Part shown: piece after piece, positions 19,237-28,003 of the stretch | Numbering within the stretch: position 1 is the stretch's first letter | Layout: each line of letters begins with the position of its first letter | From: an uncultured Verrucomicrobiae bacterium | GTDB taxonomy: Bacteria > Verrucomicrobiota > Verrucomicrobiia > Limisphaerales > JAFGQR01 | Assembly: GCA_963788655.1 (NCBI GenBank) | Contig: CAWBHS010000088.1 | Span: forward strand, 192,001 to 256,000 | Direction of reading: 5' to 3' | DNA length: 64,000 nucleotides | Made by a program: the position numbers and the translations under genes | Notes under the pieces: generated by a model | The model's input: only the letters and a program-made list of their open reading frames with translations | Databases searched by the model: none | What the model was told of the DNA's origin: nothing

Positions 19237-22200
19237 ATGCTTCGATCCATCGTCCATCTTGATGCGGATGCCTTCTTCGCTTCCGTGGAGCAGGCGGCGG
19301 ACCCGCGTTTGCGCGGCAAGCCGGTGGCGGTGGGTGGCGAGAAGCGCGGGATCATCGCGGCGGCTTCGTACGAAGCGCGCCGGTTCGGCATCTACACGCC
19401 CATGCCCACCGTGCGCGCGCGGAAGCTTTGTCCCCAGCTCATCCTGCTGCCCGGCGACTTCGAGAAATATGAGCGGTTTTCCCGCTGGATGTTTTCTTAT
19501 GCCTACGATTTTACGCCGGACGTGGAGATTGGGTCGATTGATGAAGGCTACTTCGACCTGAGCGGGACGCGCAAATCACCGGTCACGATTGCGCAAACCA
19601 TCCGCCACGCCATTCGGCAGGCGCTCAAAATCACCGTGAGCGAAGGCATCGGCAGCAACAAACTCGTCAGTCAGATTGCCTCGAAGCTCAACAAACCGGC
19701 CGCCTTCTTTTACGTGCCGACCGGCCGGGAAGTTACCTTCCTGCACCCGTTGCCTAATGTCTGGTTGCCGGGCGTTGGCCCGCAAACCGCCGCGCGTCTG
19801 AACACCGCCGGCTTGGCGTATGTCCGGCAAATTGCCGCTACGCCCACCGACTTGTTGAGCTTGCTGGTGGGTAACACCGCGCCGCAGTTGAAGAATTTCG
19901 CCAACGCCATTGACGAACGGCCCGTCGTGCCGGTGAGCGAACCCGCCAAGTCGTATGGCCAACAGGAAACCTTCGCGCAGGACCAGACGAATGAGGAATT
20001 CATCGAAGCCACACTGCGGCGGATGGCCGACCATCTCATGGCCAAGGTGCGTGCGGACGGCAAAGCCATTCGCACGCTCACGGTCAAGGTGCGCTACAAC
20101 GACATGGACGAACATCAGGCCAGCGAGAGTTTGCGCGAACCCACCGATCTCGAAACGGATATTTACTCCCGCCTCCAAGCGCTGCTCCGCCGTGCCTGGG
20201 AACGCCGGGTGAGCTTACGGATGGTGTCGCTCAAATTGGCCAACGTTTACACCGGTTTCTTCCGCACGGAACTGCCCCTGGAAGCCGAGGCCCGCCAGCA
20301 CGAAGCCCGTCGGCGATTGGCGGCGACGATTGATGAGCTGCGCCACACCCACGGTCAAAAGGTGATTCTGCGCGGACACGACCTGATGCTGGCGGCGAAC
20401 GAGACGAGGCGCAGTCCGGCTAAACCCAAGGCCGTCCAGCGTTACCAAGTTACGGTCGTCTATAAGCCCCGGAACAGCGGGCGCGAATCGGCGCTGGTTT
20501 TGCGGGAGGAAAGTCGGAGCCGGCTCACGCCGCCGCCGGTTCAAGGAAACGCTTTGGATGTGCCAGCGGTGGCTGGGCCGGGGCGTTCTTCTTCGTCAAA
20601 AACGTCCGCGGTTGCGTTTGTACCATTGGCGGTGCGGAGTTATTATTCGTTCCTCAATTCCACGTTGTCACCCAAGGCCATTGTCGAATTGGCCAAGCGC
20701 CATGAACTGCCGGCCATCGCGTTGTGCGACCAGGGCAATCTGCACGGCGCAGTGGAATTCGTGCAGGAAGCCCGCCGCGCCGGGATCAAACCCATTCTGG
20801 GCACGGAGATTTTGTGGGCGGGCCGGCCGTTGCGGTTGTATGTCCAGAACGCCCGCGGTTACACGAACCTGTGCCGACTGCTTTCGCAAATCGGTGTGAA
20901 GGCGACAGCGCCGCAGAATCGTTTGGGGAAATCATCTCAAGGCGGACGGGGCAAGCTCGGAGTCCCGCCTTCAGGCGGTTTGGGCACCGTGCCGCCTGAA
21001 GGCGGGACTCCAAACGGGAATGTTCAAACTGGCGCACACGATTTCAATCGCCTGCTCGCGAACGCGGGCACGGAAGGTTTGCTGGCGGTCAGCGCCGATC
21101 CGCGGGTGGCGGAGTTTTTTCCTGGCCGTTGCTACCGCGATGTGGGTTCGCCGGCGGAATTACGCGGTTTGGCGGCCGACCCGCGGTTGCCGGCTGTTGC
21201 CTGTCTGCCGGTCCATTACGCCACGCCGGCGGATCGCTGGAAATACGACGTGATGCAAAGTATTCGCACGTTGACCTTGCTGCGGCAGGAGCATCCGGGA
21301 AAGGATTTCACCAGCGACTTGCGCTTCCATTCCCCGGCCGAGTTACGCGAGCTTTTTCGGGAACACCCGGAACTGCTCGCGCCCAGCCAGGAACTTGTCG
21401 AGCGTTGCACATTCGAGCTGCCATTCGGTTTGCCGCAGTTTCCGCCGTTCGCGCCGCCGGACGGTTTCACGTCAGCCGCATTTTTGCGGAAGCTGGTAAT
21501 GGAGGGACTGGCGCGACGCTATCCGGCTGCGCAAGTTTCCCGTTTGCAACCGCAAGTCGAACAGGAACTCGCCATCATTGCCGATGTCGGATACGAGGAA
21601 TATTTCCTGATGGTCTGGGATATTTTGCAGACGTGTCGGGAGCACGGCATCGAATGGATCACGCGTGGGAGTGCGGCGGACTCGCTGGTGTGCTATTGCC
21701 TCGGGATCAGCGACGTTTGCCCGATTCGGTTTGGCCTGTACTTCCGCCGGTTCCTGAACAAGGAACGGATGGCGTTGAACAAACTGCCGGACATCGACGT
21801 GGATTTTCCGCACGACCGCAAGGATGACGTGGTGGATTTGGTGTTCGCCAAACACGGTCCGGACTACTGCGCGGTGGTGGGCGGCTTCAGCACGTTCAAG
21901 GCCCGCAGCGCGTTTGCGGAAGTCGCCAAGGTGCTGGGCGTGGCAGAGCGCGAAGTGCGCCGGTTTACCGACCGGTTCCCTTGGAGCTTCCCGAAGCCCG
22001 AAGGAACAGGGCAAAATGCAGAACCGAAGCTTGAACGCACCGCCCCCGCTGATTCCACTTCAGCCTTCAGCCTTCAGCCTTCAGCCTTGAATTGCTTGGC
22101 CGCCACCCTTCGGGCCAGTCCGGATTGCCGGGACTTGCCGGTGGACGAAGAACCGTATCGCAGCGCACTGCTCATGGCGGAGTTTTTGGACGGGTTCCCA

Positions 22201-24033
22201 CGTTACCCGAAAATGCACCCGTGCGGCCTGGTGCTTTCGCGCCAACCCATGCACGAGTTGACGCCGACGTTTGTATCGAGCAAAGGCTATTCCACCACGC
22301 ACTTCGATATGGATGCTGTGGAAGCCATTGGCTTGGTGAAGATGGACATCCTGGCGCAAGGCGGCTTGTCCGCGATGCGCGATGTAAAGGAAATGCTGGC
22401 TGCGCGCGGCGTCAAGGTGGATGTAACGCGCTGCCGGGTTGAAACTCAATTGCCTCGTAGCAGCCGACGTGAGGAGGCTCAAATTTCTTCGAAGGGCCGC
22501 GTCGCTCACGATAAAAATGAGCCTCCTCACGTCGGCGGCTACGGTTTATTTTCCCTTCAGCCCGCCGCGTTGCCGCTGGAAGATCCCGCCGTCTGGGAAA
22601 TGATCGCCGGCGGCAATGCGCGGGCCGTGCATCATATCGAGTCACCGGCCATGATCAGCCTGTGTCGCATGTGCCAGGTGCATGACATCGACACGCTCAT
22701 TGCCATCGTGAGCGTCATCCGCCCCGGCGCGGCGAATGAAGACCGCAAGCGCGAGTTCACCCGACGGTATCAAGGATTGTCGCCCATCACCTATCCGCAT
22801 CCCTCGCTGGAGGCCTGTTTGCGGGACAGTTACGGGTTGCTGATTTACGAGGAACAATTGCTGCAAATCTGCGAAGCGTTTGCCGGGTTGCCCGCCGGCC
22901 GCGCGGACGTGTTGCGCCGCGCGTTGGGCAAGGAAAAACTCGACGTGGTGGCGGAAGTGGCCCGGGATTTTGTGGCGTGCGCGCGGGCGCGGCATCGAAC
23001 CGACGCGGAAATCCAGCGCGTCTGGGAACTGGTTTCGGGATTCCTGGGCTACACTTTTTGCAAAGCCCACAGCACGGCCTACGGCGTGGAAGCGTATCAA
23101 TCGGCGTGGCTCAAACGGTATTTTCCCGCGGAATTCATGGCGGCGGTGCTGACCAACGGCAAAGGATTTTATCGTCCGTTGGTCTATGTGCTGGAATGCC
23201 ACCGGCTGGGCATGGGCCTGCTGCCGCCGTGGGTCAACGAACCAGGACCCGGCTTCAAACCGGAATTAGCGTCCGGTCCAGGTGCGACGGGCATGGCGAA
23301 CAGTGAGGCATCACCGCCGGTCAAAATTCGCGTGCCGGTCAGTTATGTGAAAGGACTGACCGAAGCGACGAAGGAGCGAATTCTGGCCGAGCGGCAACGG
23401 AGTGCGTATGCGTCGCTCGCCGATTTTTACCGACGGGTAACTCCATTGCCGGAAGAAATGGAAGGGTTGATTCGCGTGGGCGCGTTGGACGGGTTTGGTC
23501 AGAGCCGCACGCGACAGTATTGGGACTTCCGTTTTTTGCTCCATTCCTTTGGCGAAAGCCGCGAGCCGGGACAAGGCTGGCTGTTGCCGCCGGTGGGGGT
23601 GGAACGGTTGCCCGAAGTGCCGTTGAATGAACCCACGCGCCGCCAGCGATTGGAATGGGAAGACGAACTGTTGGGGTTCCCGGCGAGCGGACATCCCCTC
23701 GAACTCTACGAGCACATTGCTTGGGAAACGTATTGTCCGGTCAACTGCCTGCGGGAATTTGTGGGCGAGGAAGTAGTAACGTGCGGGTTGGTGATTGAGG
23801 ACCGTGTACACCACCAGGTGACCGGCGAACCGATGAAATTTCTCACCCTGGCGGACTGGACCGGGATGATTGAGACGGAACTCTTCGCGCAGACCTATAA
23901 GAGCTACGGCCTGGCGACGGTTCGCTATCCAGTGCTGGAAGTGACGGCGCGGGTGGAGCCGTTTGAAAACGGCCGCGGCTTCACCCTGCGCGTCCTGCGT
24001 GCCGGAAAACCTCGCGAGCGCAAACATGGGTAG
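19237..24033 (+). CDS. DinB (Y-family) - DnaE (C-family Pol III alpha-like) fusion DNA polymerase, 1598 aa
   Basis: N-term HLDADAFFASVE, ASYEAR, SIDEGY, GIGSNKLVSQIAS; C-term RGSAADS, LPDIDVDF, HPCG, KMDILAQG, FCKAHSTAY, OB-fold; single open frame. Confidence 0.93.
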   Translation: MLRSIVHLDADAFFASVEQAADPRLRGKPVAVGGEKRGIIAAASYEARRFGIYTPMPTVRARKLCPQLILLPGDFEKYERFSRWMFSYAYDFTPDVEIGSIDEGYFDLSGTRKSPVTIAQTIRHAIRQALKITVSEGIGSNKLVSQIASKLNKPAAFFYVPTGREVTFLHPLPNVWLPGVGPQTAARLNTAGLAYVRQIAATPTDLLSLLVGNTAPQLKNFANAIDERPVVPVSEPAKSYGQQETFAQDQTNEEFIEATLRRMADHLMAKVRADGKAIRTLTVKVRYNDMDEHQASESLREPTDLETDIYSRLQALLRRAWERRVSLRMVSLKLANVYTGFFRTELPLEAEARQHEARRRLAATIDELRHTHGQKVILRGHDLMLAANETRRSPAKPKAVQRYQVTVVYKPRNSGRESALVLREESRSRLTPPPVQGNALDVPAVAGPGRSSSSKTSAVAFVPLAVRSYYSFLNSTLSPKAIVELAKRHELPAIALCDQGNLHGAVEFVQEARRAGIKPILGTEILWAGRPLRLYVQNARGYTNLCRLLSQIGVKATAPQNRLGKSSQGGRGKLGVPPSGGLGTVPPEGGTPNGNVQTGAHDFNRLLANAGTEGLLAVSADPRVAEFFPGRCYRDVGSPAELRGLAADPRLPAVACLPVHYATPADRWKYDVMQSIRTLTLLRQEHPGKDFTSDLRFHSPAELRELFREHPELLAPSQELVERCTFELPFGLPQFPPFAPPDGFTSAAFLRKLVMEGLARRYPAAQVSRLQPQVEQELAIIADVGYEEYFLMVWDILQTCREHGIEWITRGSAADSLVCYCLGISDVCPIRFGLYFRRFLNKERMALNKLPDIDVDFPHDRKDDVVDLVFAKHGPDYCAVVGGFSTFKARSAFAEVAKVLGVAEREVRRFTDRFPWSFPKPEGTGQNAEPKLERTAPADSTSAFSLQPSALNCLAATLRASPDCRDLPVDEEPYRSALLMAEFLDGFPRYPKMHPCGLVLSRQPMHELTPTFVSSKGYSTTHFDMDAVEAIGLVKMDILAQGGLSAMRDVKEMLAARGVKVDVTRCRVETQLPRSSRREEAQISSKGRVAHDKNEPPHVGGYGLFSLQPAALPLEDPAVWEMIAGGNARAVHHIESPAMISLCRMCQVHDIDTLIAIVSVIRPGAANEDRKREFTRRYQGLSPITYPHPSLEACLRDSYGLLIYEEQLLQICEAFAGLPAGRADVLRRALGKEKLDVVAEVARDFVACARARHRTDAEIQRVWELVSGFLGYTFCKAHSTAYGVEAYQSAWLKRYFPAEFMAAVLTNGKGFYRPLVYVLECHRLGMGLLPPWVNEPGPGFKPELASGPGATGMANSEASPPVKIRVPVSYVKGLTEATKERILAERQRSAYASLADFYRRVTPLPEEMEGLIRVGALDGFGQSRTRQYWDFRFLLHSFGESREPGQGWLLPPVGVERLPEVPLNEPTRRQRLEWEDELLGFPASGHPLELYEHIAWETYCPVNCLREFVGEEVVTCGLVIEDRVHHQVTGEPMKFLTLADWTGMIETELFAQTYKSYGLATVRYPVLEVTARVEPFENGRGFTLRVLRAGKPRERKHG
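20959..21011. repeat. REP doublet inserted in frame in the polymerase PHP region
   Basis: GGAGTCCCGCCTTCAGGCGG / CCGCCTGAAGGCGGGACTCC, perfect 20-bp arms. Confidence 0.85.
22059..22088 (+). repeat. Heptamer tandem repeat (TTCAGCC)x4 within the polymerase gene
   Basis: Read directly from the sequence. Confidence 0.9.
22456..22543. repeat. GTAG-type REP doublet inserted in frame in the DnaE region
   Basis: CGTAGCAGCCGACGTGAGGAGGCTCA / TGAGCCTCCTCACGTCGGCGGCTACG, 25/26 match. Confidence 0.85.
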
Positions 24034-24358
24034 GACCGTGCGTCCCGAATGTCCCGAATGTCCCAGGCACGCTGATTCCCCCAGTGAACCTGCAATTTCC
24101 GATGAGCGGTCTTTGAAGCTTCGGGAGATCCAGAATGGCTGTCCTACATTGGGAACACCTTGATTCCGCGGGGATGATTTTCACAAAGTTGGTTTCTCCT
24201 TCTTCGGCCATTCAGCCGTGTTCCTCAAGTGCGACGCTGTAACATTCCGATCATCGCTCCGGCCAAAATCATCCTTTCCAAATCGAACAAAATCATTACT
24301 GTTGCGGCTTTCCGGCATTTGAATCCGAGCCGGAACAGTTATCGCATTCGCACGAAAC

Positions 24359-25573
24359 ATGGCTTTAATCGTTCAGAAATTTGGCGGCACTTCGGTGGGC
24401 ACGACCGACCGCATCAAAAACGTCGCCGCCCGCATTGCCAAATACCGGGCCAAAGAGCATCAGGTGGTGGTCGTCGTCTCCGCGATGAGCGGGGTGACGG
24501 ATAATTTGATCCGCCTGGCCAAAGAGATCATGCCGCTGCCCACCGAACGCGAAATGGACATGCTCCTGGCCACCGGGGAGCAGACCACGATCGCCCTGAC
24601 CGCCATGGCCCTGCACACGCTCGACGTCCCGGCCGTTTCGTTGACGGGCGCGCAAGCGGGGATCGTCACCGACGGGGTACACACCAAAGCGAAGATTCAA
24701 AACATCAGCCCCAAACAGGCGCATCAGTTCCTCGATGATGGCAACGTCGTCATCGTGGCCGGGTTCCAGGGGCAGACTCCCGAAGGCCAGATTACTACCC
24801 TGGGTCGGGGCGGCTCGGACCTTTCGGCGATTGCCATGGCAGCGGCACTCAAGGCCGATCTGTGCCAGATCTATACCGACGTGGACGGCGTCTATACCGC
24901 CGATCCGCGGGTGGTGCCCGACGCGCGCAAACTGGGCGAGATTTCCTACGACGAAATGCTCGAGTTGGCCGGCGCCGGGGCCAAGGTGATGCAATTGCGC
25001 TCCGTCGAATTCGCCAAGAAGTTCAAGGTGGTCTTTGAAGTGCGCTCCAGTTTAAATGACAACCCAGGTACGATTGTGAAAGAAGAAACTCAAAGCATGG
25101 AAAGCGTCGTCATTCGCGGCGTGTCGCTCGACAAGAACCAGGCCAAGATCACCCTGGCGCACGTGCCGGATAAGCCCGGCGCGGCGGCGCGGATTTTTAA
25201 AGCGGTCGCCGACGGTAACATCAACGTGGATATGATCGTGCAAACGGCCAGTCACGGTGCCAGCGGCGCGACGGATATTTCTTTCACCATTGACAAGCCC
25301 GACTTGCTCAAGGCCCAAAACGTGCTGGCCAGTATCAAGGCGGATATTGGTTATCAGCAAGTGATCGCGAATGAGGAGATTTGCAAAGTGTCCATCGTCG
25401 GCGTTGGCATGCGCAGCCATTCCGGCGTGGCGGCCAAGATGTTCGAATCGCTCGCCACTGCCGGGGTGAACATTGAAATGATTTCGACCAGCGAGATCAA
25501 GATCTCGGTGGTGGTGAAAGCCGAAAAGGGCGAGGAAGCCACGCGGCTTTTGCACGCGGCGTTTTTGGGATAA
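24359..25573 (+). CDS. lysC: Aspartate kinase
   Basis: QKFGGTSVG, VVSAMSGVTD, TLGRGGSD, YTDVDGVYTADP, ACT domains, STSEIKIS. Confidence 0.97.
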   Translation: MALIVQKFGGTSVGTTDRIKNVAARIAKYRAKEHQVVVVVSAMSGVTDNLIRLAKEIMPLPTEREMDMLLATGEQTTIALTAMALHTLDVPAVSLTGAQAGIVTDGVHTKAKIQNISPKQAHQFLDDGNVVIVAGFQGQTPEGQITTLGRGGSDLSAIAMAAALKADLCQIYTDVDGVYTADPRVVPDARKLGEISYDEMLELAGAGAKVMQLRSVEFAKKFKVVFEVRSSLNDNPGTIVKEETQSMESVVIRGVSLDKNQAKITLAHVPDKPGAAARIFKAVADGNINVDMIVQTASHGASGATDISFTIDKPDLLKAQNVLASIKADIGYQQVIANEEICKVSIVGVGMRSHSGVAAKMFESLATAGVNIEMISTSEIKISVVVKAEKGEEATRLLHAAFLG

Positions 25574-25578
25574 CTGCG

Positions 25579-25758
25579 TCAGGCGTTCTGGGCCATGACG
25601 TAACAGAAGTAGGCCACGGCCCAGTTCATCAGACCAAAAAACGGATAAACAAAATAGCGGCCGCTGGCCAGGCCGCCCACGATCCAAACGAGCCCCGCGA
25701 AAGCAAATACGGCCGCGAGGATTTTGTACATGCGTGGTTTGTTGGCGGGTTCGCTCAT
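25579..25758 (-). CDS. Small 2-TM membrane protein (59 aa; below ORF-track cutoff)
   Basis: MSEPANKPRMYKILAAVFAFAGLVWIVGGLASGRYFVYPFFGLMNWAVAYFCYVMAQNA. Confidence 0.65.
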   Translation of the reverse strand: MSEPANKPRMYKILAAVFAFAGLVWIVGGLASGRYFVYPFFGLMNWAVAYFCYVMAQNA

Positions 25759-26004
25759 GTGCAGTTCATGGTCGGGGCTTGTCCTTCATGCCAATCGTCG
25801 AATTTCGCAGGCCGCACGGTCATTAGGAGTAAGGTTATAGTCGGACCGCTTGTTTGTCCAGCAGACTTGAACACAGTGGAACGAATGCGCACCGCAGCCA
25901 AAGATGTTTAAGGATGGAACCGTTGAAGGGGCTGGTAAGTTGTGCGGCGGGGGGGCGTGTTCGGCCGGCGATCGTTGCTCCAACTGCCGCGACAATTCAT
26001 GCAT

Positions 26005-26079
26005 CGTAGCAGCGGACGTGAGTCCGCTCACTCTTTCCTTCTCCAAGAAAGTCAGAGCAGACTTACGTCTGTTGCTACG
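26005..26079. repeat. Intergenic GTAG-type REP doublet
   Basis: CGTAGCAGCGGACGTGAGTCCGCTC / GAGCAGACTTACGTCTGTTGCTACG, 21/25 match. Confidence 0.8.
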
Positions 26080-26168
26080 CGCGCTCGCCCCCTCGGTAAC
26101 CTGCTCCTTGAAGCGCGAAATCCCCAGCCTGCCTTTGCATTTCATCGCCTTTCTGCCATTGTCCTTTC

Positions 26169-27965
26169 GTGATTTGCCCCTTGTTGAACCGGACGCTTTG
26201 CCGCTGTCTCGGCCGCGCTCCAAGTTGTGCCGACATGGCTGTTCTGCTGGCCATGATCGTGTTCTTCGTGCCGGCCTCAACCCGTGGGGCCGTGCTGTTG
26301 GAGGACTCGTTTGCCTACCCGGATGGTCCAATACTTGATGTCAGCAACGGTCGATGGATTCACCACAGTGGCACGACACCCGGACAAGTGGAAGTTTCCC
26401 ATGGCCGGCTTGTCTTGAGTGGCACAGAAACGGAGGACATCCATGCGCTGTTGGCGGGCGAACCGTTTATGTCGGACAATTCGACGAACGTCTTCTATGT
26501 CAGCTTTTCGTTTCGCTTTCGCGCGCTCCCGAGTAATGGCGGTGCTTACTTCGCCCACTTCAAAGACGCGGGCACTTCGAACTTTCGCGCCCGGATTTGG
26601 GCCTTTACCAGCGGGGCGTCGGCAGGTGGTTATCGGCTCGGGATTTCCTTCGGGAGTTCCTCTGTCTCCGCGTCCCTGGCGACCGACTTGAGTTTGAATC
26701 TTGATTACCGATTGGTTTGCCGCCTGGACAATCAGCACGCCACCGCCCGCTTGTGGTTGAATCCGGCAACCGAATCCGATCCACACGTCACCAGCACCGA
26801 TGCGGGAGATCCTATCACCCTGGTCGCCTGGGCTTTTCGCCAGGCCAGCGGGGCAGGGGAAGTGTCTATTGATGACTTGCGCGTTGGCACCACGTTTGCG
26901 GATGTCTTAACCGACGTACCTCCCGCACCCGAGCCGGCTCCCGCCGTATCCGTGGTGACGTATAATGTTGCGGGCAACGGCACCAGCGATTGGAGCACGA
27001 ACAGCGCACAGGTCCAGGCGATTGGCCGGCAGTTGCACTACCTCGGTCCGGATGTGATTACCTTCAACGAGATTCCGTACCCCAACACCTGGCAAATGGC
27101 GAATTTCGTGACGGCCTATTTGCCGGGATATTATCTGGCCACCAACTCGGGCACGGACGGCTACATCCGCAGCGCCATCGCGAGCCGATTCCCCATCGTG
27201 CGTTCGCAAAAATGGCTGGACGGTGCGAGCCTGGTGCCCTTCGGATACACCAACGAGCCGGCGAGATTCACGCGCGACTTGTTTGAAGCCACGGTTAGTG
27301 TGCCGGGATTCGACCAACTGTTGCACGTGTTCACCACCCATCTGAAAGCCGGGCAAGATGAGACGGATTTCGCCCGGCGCGCCGCAGAGGCCAGTGCAAT
27401 TTCCAATTTCCTGGTTACGACGTTCCTACCGGGAAACGCGGCGGATCCGTATGTGTTGACCGGGGATCTGAATGAAGACGTGCTCCGTCCTCCCACGGGA
27501 AGTCTCGCCCCGCTCGCCCGCTTGGCCAACGCCGCCACCGGCCTGGAGTTGACGACGCCACGCAGCCCATTCAACAACGATGATCGCACGATTTCCAGCC
27601 GCAGTCTGTTTGCGCGATATGATTACATTCTTCCCGGGGGGATGTTGGTATCGAACCTACTCAGCAGTCAGGTCTTCCGCACCGACTTGCTAAATCCGTT
27701 GCCGGATGGGTTGCAAATTGATGACAGCCAAACGGCTTCCGATCATTTGCCGGTGTTGATGAAGTTCCGCAATCCATTCGACAATCCCTACGAATTGACC
27801 GTCATCACCGTAAGCAATCAATGGATAACCTTAACTTGGGATACCGTCCCCGGCCGGCATTATCGCCTGGAGAGCTCGACCAACCTGGGTGATTGGGTGC
27901 CGTGCAGCACTAACTTGACGGCTGCAGGGTCGGGTCTGAGTTGGGGAACCAATGCTAAGCAATAG
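26169..27965 (+). CDS. Secreted endonuclease/exonuclease/phosphatase (EEP) family protein with N-terminal beta-sandwich domain; C-terminus probably truncated at the junction
   Basis: VTYNV, TFNE, THLKA, GDLN, RYDYI, SDHLPV motifs; tail WDTVPGRHYRLESSTNLGDW typical of Verrucomicrobiota secreted proteins. Confidence 0.85.
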   Translation: MICPLLNRTLCRCLGRAPSCADMAVLLAMIVFFVPASTRGAVLLEDSFAYPDGPILDVSNGRWIHHSGTTPGQVEVSHGRLVLSGTETEDIHALLAGEPFMSDNSTNVFYVSFSFRFRALPSNGGAYFAHFKDAGTSNFRARIWAFTSGASAGGYRLGISFGSSSVSASLATDLSLNLDYRLVCRLDNQHATARLWLNPATESDPHVTSTDAGDPITLVAWAFRQASGAGEVSIDDLRVGTTFADVLTDVPPAPEPAPAVSVVTYNVAGNGTSDWSTNSAQVQAIGRQLHYLGPDVITFNEIPYPNTWQMANFVTAYLPGYYLATNSGTDGYIRSAIASRFPIVRSQKWLDGASLVPFGYTNEPARFTRDLFEATVSVPGFDQLLHVFTTHLKAGQDETDFARRAAEASAISNFLVTTFLPGNAADPYVLTGDLNEDVLRPPTGSLAPLARLANAATGLELTTPRSPFNNDDRTISSRSLFARYDYILPGGMLVSNLLSSQVFRTDLLNPLPDGLQIDDSQTASDHLPVLMKFRNPFDNPYELTVITVSNQWITLTWDTVPGRHYRLESSTNLGDWVPCSTNLTAAGSGLSWGTNAKQ

Positions 27966-28003
27966 ATTCCTTCCACCTTTGCTCAACTAGTCAGGTATTC
28001 TTC
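27953..28003. other. Junction/spacer between two unrelated genome segments
   Basis: AT-rich ~50 nt; both flanking ORFs end abruptly inside it; GC, codon style and gene families differ on either side. Confidence 0.75.

Noticed and set aside
20380..23300. Insertions in the polymerase as inteins
   Set aside because: Too short, and they lack C/S...HN splice motifs; several are explained by REP or heptamer repeats.
24034..24358. Lysine riboswitch upstream of lysC
   Set aside because: No recognisable conserved L-box elements by eye; an Rfam scan would settle it.
27953..28003. Genomic-island boundary
   Set aside because: No integrase, tRNA or att repeat; both flanking genes are cut, which fits an artificial join better.
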